From a virus: DNA of 40,626 bases. Location of the stretch: the IMG/VR virus record IMGVR_UViG_2885676553_000001, positions 1-40,626 of that record; one strand, given 5' to 3'. Both the position numbers and the translations under genes were made by a program. Below are positions 33,750 to 40,550 of this stretch, one piece after another. The notes under the pieces are model-generated. The model saw only the letters and a program-made list of their open reading frames with translations. It had not been told where the DNA came from and searched no databases. Every line of letters begins with the position of its first letter. Positions within the stretch are counted from its first letter, which is position 1.

Positions 33750-34085
33750 ATGGATCTTAGCAATGAACAAATTATGTGGTTAAAAAAAGTAAAAGCCGGA
33801 ATGACAGAAGAAGAGCTTGCTACCGCTGTGAAGGATGATGTGTTTTTAAGCCTTGACCGAGATAGCCATTTAATCAGAGTTGCGTATCATCCAGAATTTA
33901 ATAACGGCTGGAACTCAATGGTTGAAATTCCCAAAAAAGTATCATTAACAGCGGAGGGTATTTCCACTCTTGATGTCGAACTCGAAGCGAAGAAAACTGA
34001 CGTTAGGAATCACTTGTGGTATCCGATTATTGTTGGCTTTATTACATATTTGTTAGGAGTAATTACTGGAGCCATATTTTTATAA
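33750..34085 (+). CDS. C-terminally membrane-anchored moron protein (candidate superinfection exclusion/Abi)
   Basis: 111 aa from MDLSNEQ with SD GAGGTGA. AT-rich and on the opposite strand to the early operon. C-terminal TM WYPIIVGFITYLLGVITGAIFL. Confidence 0.6.
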   Translation: MDLSNEQIMWLKKVKAGMTEEELATAVKDDVFLSLDRDSHLIRVAYHPEFNNGWNSMVEIPKKVSLTAEGISTLDVELEAKKTDVRNHLWYPIIVGFITYLLGVITGAIFL

Positions 34086-34193
34086 GATCAATTCCGTCAG
34101 CAAGCCCAACAGCAGCCCCACTACCGCAGATAAAATAGCTTGTGCTCGGTTTTCATCCATCCATTTGCACAGGTCCAAACAGAATTCTTTCAT
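34080..34193 (-). CDS. Small membrane peptide (37 aa)
   Basis: Product MKEFCLDLCKWMDENRAQAILSAVVGLLLGLLTELIL with SD GGAGG. Confidence 0.35.
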   Translation of the reverse strand: MKEFCLDLCKWMDENRAQAILSAVVGLLLGLLTELIL

Positions 34194-34227
34194 CTATACG
34201 GCCTCCTTTCTTTCGGCCTCCCCTTGG

Positions 34228-34246
34228 CAGATAATCAGGTTATCTG
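34228..34246. promoter_or_regulatory. Perfect palindrome CAGATAA-N5-TTATCTG overlapping a GATAAT -10-like hexamer
   Basis: cagataa (34228-34234) and ttatctg (34240-34246), about 25 nt upstream of the ATG at 34270. Confidence 0.45.
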
Positions 34247-34269
34247 ATGATGGAAGGAGGTGAAAATTA

Positions 34270-34521
34270 ATGGCACAAATTCCTTATTACGACAATCCGA
34301 TCGGATCTTTAGCTGTTACGGTTGAACTCCAGCACGCTGCAGATGTTTACTTGGTGGATCAAGCAAATTTCAACGTTCGACAACGTGGCGGTCGTTTCCA
34401 GTATTTTGGCGGCCACTATGTCCAAACGCCTGTGACAATTCGGGTGTCTGGATCGGGGCGCTGGTATCTGATTGTCGATAACGGGTCAGGCGAACAATAC
34501 CGTTACACCTGGTCTAAATAG
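34270..34521 (+). CDS. DUF1883-like small protein (moron)
   Basis: 83 aa with a strong SD GGAAGGAGGTGA. Product MAQIPYYDNPIGSLAVTVELQHAADVYLVDQANF...RWYLIVDNG resembles DUF1883 from memory. Opposite strand to the early operon. Confidence 0.6.
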   Translation: MAQIPYYDNPIGSLAVTVELQHAADVYLVDQANFNVRQRGGRFQYFGGHYVQTPVTIRVSGSGRWYLIVDNGSGEQYRYTWSK

Positions 34522-34708
34522 TTGCATTGTCTTGAAAGTGAGACTTCACACGAGCCACAACGGATTCGAAATTGGCAAATGTGAAGCCTTTTTGCGCGAG
34601 CAGATCAATGACCATTTCAGTAACTTGGTCTTCGACTTCTTTGTCCTGTACCTTCTTTACCGAAGCAAGATGTTCAGCACTACGCTCACCCTTTGCATGT
34701 TCGTTCAT
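34514..34708 (-). CDS. Hypothetical protein
   Basis: 64 aa with SD GGAGG. Confidence 0.5.
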   Translation of the reverse strand: MNEHAKGERSAEHLASVKKVQDKEVEDQVTEMVIDLLAQKGFTFANFESVVARVKSHFQDNATI

Positions 34709-34723
34709 ATCTATACGGCCTCC

Positions 34724-35539
34724 TTAGGCTGTCTGTGGTTCGTTAGTTTGCTTTAGTGCCTTGGCGATCGCCTTGACGCCTTCATCGAAGTAAAGCCATT
34801 GCGGTACTTCTTTGTCGCTGTGCTGTGACTTGCTGTTAGCCCATCGGCCATACTTGTTCTGGCCCGGCTGTTCAGCCTTGATGCCAATTTGATTAGCAGT
34901 GCGGCCCACCTTGTTGGCTGTGGTTCCAAGCTTCTGGGCGACCGCCGTTGCGCTGTACTCCTTCTTGAGCAACACGGGAATGGTCATCTCACCGGTGATT
35001 GCCTCCGCAGCCTTGGCCAACAGTGCCTGCTTGGACGTTTCGGACTTGGTTTGCATGGCGATACGGTAAAGCAATGTTCCCTTGCGTGTCTGCGCATTCT
35101 CGCTCATGATCTCGAGCCGCTTGGCGGAATCGATACGCGGCTGTGTTGCCTTGGCCTCCGCCCGCATGGTGAAGTAACCATCAACCAACTGGTCATATAC
35201 TTCCCATGCCTTGTCGTCTTCGAGAATTTTCAGAAGCTTGGAATAGCCACGCTCGGAAAGCAGATAGATATTAGCTGAGTTCGAAGCGGACTGTTTGGTG
35301 AACCCGAAACTCAATGGCTCAAACCCATCGAGTTTTTTTAGGTCTAGAATATCGATGCCATCTTTGAAACGTTTACGGTTGTCATTGATACGTCGATTAA
35401 TCTCACCAAGTGGCTGTTCATGAATCAACGCGATGTCCTTAACCAACATCGCCTTTTTGTTCTTACCGAATCCGCCTTCGATACCGGTGAATTCGATATG
35501 GCCGATATGCTCACGACCGATTACTTTTAATTCGTTCAT
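34724..35539 (-). CDS. Antirepressor (ORF6N/KilAC-type)
   Basis: 271 aa. The N-terminus MNELKVIGREHIGHIEFTGIEGGFGKNKKAMLVKDIA is typical of ORF6N-domain antirepressors. Located directly after cro. Confidence 0.75.
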   Translation of the reverse strand: MNELKVIGREHIGHIEFTGIEGGFGKNKKAMLVKDIALIHEQPLGEINRRINDNRKRFKDGIDILDLKKLDGFEPLSFGFTKQSASNSANIYLLSERGYSKLLKILEDDKAWEVYDQLVDGYFTMRAEAKATQPRIDSAKRLEIMSENAQTRKGTLLYRIAMQTKSETSKQALLAKAAEAITGEMTIPVLLKKEYSATAVAQKLGTTANKVGRTANQIGIKAEQPGQNKYGRWANSKSQHSDKEVPQWLYFDEGVKAIAKALKQTNEPQTA

Positions 35540-35557
35540 TACTATGCCTCCTTGTGT

Positions 35558-35782
35558 TCATGCAACGTGAACCTTTTTCTTAAAAAAATAATCTGGTATG
35601 TCTCTAACGTCTGCGTGCAGCACCGACATTGCTTTTTCAATATCGCTATCGCGCCATGATGTTTTCCCATTCAGCTTTAGAGATATGCTGCGTTCTGACA
35701 GCCCCATGGCAATCGCAAAGTTATATTGTGTGCCAAACTGCTCTGTGATCTTTCCCAGAAGTTTAGAATAGTCATAGCTCAT
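35558..35782 (-). CDS. Cro-like HTH regulator
   Basis: 74 aa from MSYDYSKLLGKI with SD GGAGG. Divergent from cI. Confidence 0.75.
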   Translation of the reverse strand: MSYDYSKLLGKITEQFGTQYNFAIAMGLSERSISLKLNGKTSWRDSDIEKAMSVLHADVRDIPDYFFKKKVHVA

Positions 35783-35800
35783 TGTCCGTCCTCCTTTCCA

Positions 35801-35903
35801 GTTCATGACTCATGAACTTTATGAACTTATCATATCAGCGGCTAGTATGTCTGTCAACACAAATATTCATGTTTCGTGAACTTCTCTGTTGAACTTATGT
35901 TCA
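35801..35903. promoter_or_regulatory. Genetic-switch operator cluster (GTTCA/TGAAC half-sites)
   Basis: Perfect palindrome GTTCATGAcTCATGAAC (35801-35817). Also TTCATGTTTCGTGAAC (35866-35881) and TGAACttatGTTCA (35890-35903). Confidence 0.6.
35829..35857 (-). promoter_or_regulatory. Early lytic promoter (PR-like)
   Basis: Minus strand: TTGACA, 17-nt spacer, TATGAT. Confidence 0.65.
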
Positions 35904-35917
35904 TTCGCCGGTATACT
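35889..35917 (+). promoter_or_regulatory. Repressor maintenance promoter (PRM-like)
   Basis: TTGAAC, 17-nt spacer, TATACT, about 22 nt upstream of the cI ATG. The -35 lies in an operator half-site. Confidence 0.6.
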
Positions 35918-35939
35918 TCTAATTAAGGAGGTGCTTTAG

Positions 35940-36704
35940 ATGAAGTCAACAACAGCTCAACGGCTAAATCAGTTAATGACAGACCGCGGACTAAAACAGG
36001 TCGATATTTTGAACATGTCCAAGCCCTTCCAAAAGTCTCTTGGCATTAAAATGGGGAAAAGCACTCTTTCCCAATACGTTAATGGGGTTCAGTCACCCGA
36101 CCAAGATCGTATTTATTTACTAGCACATACTCTTAACGTTAGTGAGCCTTGGCTGATGGGGTTCGATGTCCCCCAAGAACGTCGATCGAGCAAAAAGACC
36201 CGCGAGGCTTCCACTGACATACTCCCCATATACAACAAGCTCCACCCCGCCCGCCAGCAGAACGTGTACACCTATGCGGAAGATCAGCTCAAGCAACAGC
36301 AGAACGAGAATGTTGTCCCGTTACCAGAACAGCGCGAGGTTGTTTGCGGGCGTGGTACAGCTGCCGGTGCTCCTATCGATGGCGCCACACAGGACGCTGA
36401 GGTGCGTAGGACGCGCGTCAATGTTAACGACATCCCAGCTAGTGCAGATGAAATCGTGACCGTTGAGGGGGACTCGATGGAGCCAGACTACCCGAAGTAT
36501 TCGCAGATATTTGTTCGATGGCAAGACACAATCGATGACGGCGATCTGGCTGTTGTCCGTGTGGCTGACGAAGGCGTCACATTTAAGCAGGTGTCCCGCG
36601 ACTACCAGCAAAAGAAAATTGTTCTACACTCACTGAATGACAAGTATCCTGACCGATACTTGGATCCCGAAGATGTCAGCATCATAGGCGTTGTCATCAA
36701 CTAA
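35940..36704 (+). CDS. CI-like repressor (XRE HTH plus S24 LexA-like peptidase)
   Basis: 254 aa with SD AAGGAGG. N-terminal HTH_3 and a C-terminal GDSMEP autocleavage-type motif. Confidence 0.9.
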   Translation: MKSTTAQRLNQLMTDRGLKQVDILNMSKPFQKSLGIKMGKSTLSQYVNGVQSPDQDRIYLLAHTLNVSEPWLMGFDVPQERRSSKKTREASTDILPIYNKLHPARQQNVYTYAEDQLKQQQNENVVPLPEQREVVCGRGTAAGAPIDGATQDAEVRRTRVNVNDIPASADEIVTVEGDSMEPDYPKYSQIFVRWQDTIDDGDLAVVRVADEGVTFKQVSRDYQQKKIVLHSLNDKYPDRYLDPEDVSIIGVVIN

Positions 36705-36794
36705 CCCGCAACAGTATCAGGACGCGGCGTTGGCCTACTTACCCGATACAATCTAGTCAACAACAAATAAATGGCTTAGAGGTGACAATCAACC

Positions 36795-37943
36795 GTGAAT
36801 ACAAATAAACAAATGGTACCGGAGCTTCGCTTCAAGGGGTTCACTGACGCTTGGGAAGAGCGTAAGTTAAAAGAACTTGGTGATATACAGACAGGTAATA
36901 CACCTCCAACAAGTAATTTGGATAATTATTCTACTGACGGCGTACTATGGGTTACTCCAACAGATATCAAAACGCTTGTTATATCTGATACTGCTAAAAA
37001 ACTATCTGAAGTAGGTGTGACAAAAGCAAGGATTGCTAAAGCAGGATCGATACTAGTTACTAGTATTGCAAGTATTGGGAAAAACACCTTAGTAACAATG
37101 GATGCTGGTTTTAATCAACAAATAAATTCACTCACTCCAACGCCTAAAAATGACTCCTATTTTCTGTTGACTCAATCAGAAAAGTGGTCTGAAAAGATGA
37201 AGAAAACTGCAGCATCAGCAACCATGCAGATAGTTAACAAAACAGATTTTTCAAATATCTCCACCTTTGTTCCTGTACACAAAGAGGAGCAACAAAAAAT
37301 CGGCTCATTTTTCAGGCAACTAGATGAAACTATCGCTCTTCATCAACGTAAGTTATATCTACTCAAGGAACAGAAAAAAGGCTACTTGCAGAAGTTGTTC
37401 CCCAAAAATGGAAGCAAGTTCCCGCAATTAAGATTTGCTGGATTTACTGACGCTTGGGAAAAGCGTCCTATCAAGAAAATCGCTAGCGTGAACGGTGGCA
37501 AGGACTACAAGCACCTTAACAAGGGTGACATTCCAGTCTATGGAACTGGCGGATACATGCTAAGTGTCGACCAGGCTTTATCTCAGGAAGACGGCATTGG
37601 CATTGGGCGAAAAGGTACAATTAACTCCCCCTACATTCTAAGAGCTCCATACTGGACCGTAGATACGTTGTTCTATGTGATACCTAAGGGGACACAAGAT
37701 ATAAATTTTCTGTATGCAATTTTTCAACGAGTTAACTGGAAGAAATACGACGAGTCTACCGGTGTACCATCATTGTCGAAACAAACAATCAATGCCGTGG
37801 AAGTTACAACTCCTACTCAAGCTGAACAAGAATTGATTGGAACGATGTTTAAGCAACTTGATAATCTCATCGCAGTCAACCAGCGTAAGGTTGAACTGTT
37901 AAAAAAATTGAAGCAAGCCTATCTCCAGAAAATGTTCGTGTAG
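36795..37943 (+). CDS. hsdS: Type I restriction-modification specificity subunit (orphan HsdS)
   Basis: 382 aa with two TRD halves, each opened by (E/Q)LRF(K/A)GFTDAWE(E/K)R. Two conserved helices are present (IGSFFRQLDETIALHQRKL..., IGTMFKQLDNLIAVNQRKV...). GTG start after GAGGTGA. Confidence 0.9.
   Translation: MNTNKQMVPELRFKGFTDAWEERKLKELGDIQTGNTPPTSNLDNYSTDGVLWVTPTDIKTLVISDTAKKLSEVGVTKARIAKAGSILVTSIASIGKNTLVTMDAGFNQQINSLTPTPKNDSYFLLTQSEKWSEKMKKTAASATMQIVNKTDFSNISTFVPVHKEEQQKIGSFFRQLDETIALHQRKLYLLKEQKKGYLQKLFPKNGSKFPQLRFAGFTDAWEKRPIKKIASVNGGKDYKHLNKGDIPVYGTGGYMLSVDQALSQEDGIGIGRKGTINSPYILRAPYWTVDTLFYVIPKGTQDINFLYAIFQRVNWKKYDESTGVPSLSKQTINAVEVTTPTQAEQELIGTMFKQLDNLIAVNQRKVELLKKLKQAYLQKMFV
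36839..36863 (+). repeat. hsdS intragenic direct repeat, copy 1
   Basis: Sequence gttcactgacgcttgggaagagcgt. The 15-nt core actgacgcttgggaa is identical to that at 37446-37460. Confidence 0.7.
37442..37466 (+). repeat. hsdS intragenic direct repeat, copy 2
   Basis: Sequence atttactgacgcttgggaaaagcgt, at the start of the second TRD half. Confidence 0.7.
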
Positions 37944-38075
37944 TACTCAACTGTGGTTCAACTGTTATCAAAAACCCATTAAGCAGCAGGCACGGGCAGG
38001 ACGTGCCGTGGGCTTACGTCCAAACTGGACGCAAAATAAAAAGCCCCTCAAAATGAGAGGCAGGAGGTGCTATGT

Positions 38076-38945
38076 ATGGAAATGTACCATGCATATCTGT
38101 GCTACGACTGTAAAAAAGAAGGCTATATCTCTCAACTTAAGGCATCAGTAACGGAAAAAAGTTACCTAAGCGCCACCTGCCAACGTGGGCATCATGTCGA
38201 TATTTTTACGAGCACGCCATTATTCGCACCATTATATGAACATGCCATGCAAGCTCATATTTCTCATAACTATTTTGAATCATTTTTAAGCGCATACTCT
38301 GCATTAGAAAACATTTTTAGGATTGCTAGTCAAGCTAATATCTGGATGTATTCAAATCGTGATATGACCGCGGTCGACAAAGCACTAAAGTTCGGGGCAC
38401 TACTGTCCTCAGAACGGTGTCAGGGAAATTTTTACACAGTTGCAGCGGAACGCTTTCCAAAACGCTTCGAGACAATTACTGAAGAGTTCAACCGGCTGGT
38501 TTCCGTACGTAATAGAGTGATGCATGGTAGTGTGATACCCGATGAGGGGCGTTCAATGCAGGCGCTAATGACTGTTTGGAAGGTCGGCGTGATCTGTCTT
38601 TATGGGTGGATGGAAAATGGAGGTAGCGTTATTCAATACTACCAAATGACCCGTAGCAATTATGATTTGAGTAAACGTTCAGAACATGTCTCGGCTCAGA
38701 AAGAAATTGAAGCAATGCCACATCCCGATCCAATGAAGATAGGAAATCTGTGTTACTATCTCTCACCCCTGAGCGAAGTCCGTGGACTGCTTGGATCAAT
38801 CAACTGGGATCATAAATTTGACGATGCAAACGGTCAGCCAGACTTTGAGGCAGTTATTGATAGTCAGCTGAAGGTTACGTTCGAACAATTAATACAGCAA
38901 ACTCCTCCACTCGACACCATCATAAAGCAATCAATCAAGCGTTAA
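38076..38945 (+). CDS. Zinc-ribbon-like plus HEPN-motif protein (candidate RNase effector)
   Basis: 289 aa from ATG at 38076, 8 nt after AGGAGG. N-terminal CYDC...CQRGHH. R-x4-H motif VRNRVMHG encoded at 38508-38525, within a helical region. Same strand as cI and hsdS. Confidence 0.55.
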   Translation: MEMYHAYLCYDCKKEGYISQLKASVTEKSYLSATCQRGHHVDIFTSTPLFAPLYEHAMQAHISHNYFESFLSAYSALENIFRIASQANIWMYSNRDMTAVDKALKFGALLSSERCQGNFYTVAAERFPKRFETITEEFNRLVSVRNRVMHGSVIPDEGRSMQALMTVWKVGVICLYGWMENGGSVIQYYQMTRSNYDLSKRSEHVSAQKEIEAMPHPDPMKIGNLCYYLSPLSEVRGLLGSINWDHKFDDANGQPDFEAVIDSQLKVTFEQLIQQTPPLDTIIKQSIKR

Positions 38946-39119
38946 AACATCACCCCAAAAAGTTAACAACTCCCGACTTCGATCGTAAATAAAATTTTCA
39001 TTTAGTGTTGGCGTTTTATCCGTAATGGATCCCGAGATAATGATTCTTGTGTTTCTCGGCAAAGTCTGCAAAAAGTCTGCTAGCTCGCCTGTGGTTCGTA
39101 ATTCATGATTGCAGTTCAT
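38931..39119 (-). CDS. Small hypothetical protein (62 aa), convergent with and overlapping the HEPN-motif gene
   Basis: SD AGGAGG 8 nt before the ATG. The 3' ends overlap by 15 bp. Confidence 0.5.
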   Translation of the reverse strand: MNCNHELRTTGELADFLQTLPRNTRIIISGSITDKTPTLNENFIYDRSRELLTFWGDVLTLD

Positions 39120-39236
39120 ATTGTTTACCTCCTAATATATATAAAGATAATAATCTGAGGTTTAATATCCTAAATTGCTGTGTAATATTATGAAACATCA
39201 CCTTTGAAAGCCAATAAATTAATTTTATTCATCACA

Positions 39237-39245
39237 ATTATACCA
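39237..39245 (-). promoter_or_regulatory. Extended -10 promoter element (TGGTATAAT) for the 62-aa ORF
   Basis: The minus strand reads TGGTATAAT, about 115 nt upstream of the ATG at 39119, in the AT-rich region divergent from int. Confidence 0.45.
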
Positions 39246-39359
39246 CGAAAAAGCGCCTGTCCCCATACCTTGACCGGTCAGGACAGACGCTAGGCAAGAA
39301 CTCGCTCGATGAGTGCGCTCTTTGTGTACTCTATTTTAACCTAAATGGAGGAAATTATC

Positions 39360-40496
39360 ATGGCATCTTACGAAAAACGTGGGACCGGTTGGCAGTTTCG
39401 TATCTCATGGCAGGACGAACAGGGCAAACGACATACCAAATCCAATGGTGGTTTCCGCACTAAGAAACTCGCCGAAAATGCTGCACACGATCTAGAGGTA
39501 AAACTCGCACACGGCTCGCATATTGACCGTGCGGATCTACCCCTAGTTGATTACTGGCATCAATGGTGCACCACTTATAAAATCGGTAAACGCGCTGTCG
39601 CCACAGAATACTTTTATCCAATCATTGAAACGACACTCAAAGATTACTTTGGTGATACGCCACTCGGCAAGATCACGCCCTTAAAATGGCAAGCCTTTCT
39701 AAACGACTATGGCGACACTCATGCGCGATCAACTAGCTCAAAGGTCAATGGATATATTCGTGCCATGGTACGCACCGCTATCAACGAACAAACTTTACAC
39801 ACCGACTTCACCTTTGATGCTGAAATTTCCGGTGAGCGTGGTGTTGATGAAGCCGACAAGTACCTTCAGCTTGATCAGTTTGCCGAGCTAGTTAACTTAG
39901 CACATGAAACGGCGGACTTTAATCACCTTGCAACTGTCGCCGTTTATGTCGGCGCAGAATCAGGAATGCGAGTGGCCGAAGTGCTTGGTCTTACGTGGGA
40001 TTGTGTGGATTTTGAAGCCAATACACTCACCATTAATAAATCATGGGACTATATTCATCATACGGGTTTCAAGCCAACGAAAAACGAATCCAGTAATCGA
40101 ACCGTCGAAGTTCTACCCGCAGTCACTGATTTACTCCGCCAAGTCAAAGTCCAACAAGCGGCTTGGATGCTGAAAACGGGCCAGCGTGACAAGCACAACT
40201 GCGTTTTTTATTCTAAGTATTCTCAGGTCCTTACTGGTGCGGCGTGTAATAAGGCACTTAAAAATATGGAGACCAAAATCGGCATCCCCAATGACGATCA
40301 AATCACCTTCCACGGCTTGCGTCATACCCATGTCTCTTATCTCCTATCCGAGGGTATCGATATTTACTATATCTCAAAGCGACTTGGCCACGCCGGCATC
40401 CAGATCACGATGAGCACTTACAGCCACTTATTGGACGCACAGAAATCTAAACAGGCATCAAAAGCAATGGTGGCGCTGGATAAGCTTGCCCGATAA
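39360..40496 (+). CDS. int: Tyrosine integrase
   Basis: 378 aa from MASYEKRGTGWQFRISW with SD GGAGGA. Catalytic signature present: MRVAEVLGL (R), HGLRHTH (HxxR), LGHAGIQITMSTYSH (H...Y). Confidence 0.9.
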   Translation: MASYEKRGTGWQFRISWQDEQGKRHTKSNGGFRTKKLAENAAHDLEVKLAHGSHIDRADLPLVDYWHQWCTTYKIGKRAVATEYFYPIIETTLKDYFGDTPLGKITPLKWQAFLNDYGDTHARSTSSKVNGYIRAMVRTAINEQTLHTDFTFDAEISGERGVDEADKYLQLDQFAELVNLAHETADFNHLATVAVYVGAESGMRVAEVLGLTWDCVDFEANTLTINKSWDYIHHTGFKPTKNESSNRTVEVLPAVTDLLRQVKVQQAAWMLKTGQRDKHNCVFYSKYSQVLTGAACNKALKNMETKIGIPNDDQITFHGLRHTHVSYLLSEGIDIYYISKRLGHAGIQITMSTYSHLLDAQKSKQASKAMVALDKLAR

Positions 40497-40497
40497 C

Positions 40498-40515
40498 GTG
40501 TACCAAACGTGTACC
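40498..40515 (+). promoter_or_regulatory. Putative integrase arm-type sites (GTGTACC N4 GTGTACC)
   Basis: Two identical heptamers 11 bp apart, between the int stop and the right repeat. Same orientation as the pair at 120-137. Confidence 0.5.
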
Positions 40516-40550
40516 GAGTGCGTAAAATCAACCAAAAACAAACTAAAACA

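Noticed and set aside
37944-38066. Terminator between hsdS and the HEPN-motif gene
   Set aside because: The two hairpins (GGCACG/CGTGCC and CGTCCA/TGGACG) lack a following U-run on the plus strand, so I do not call a terminator. Co-transcription remains the working assumption.
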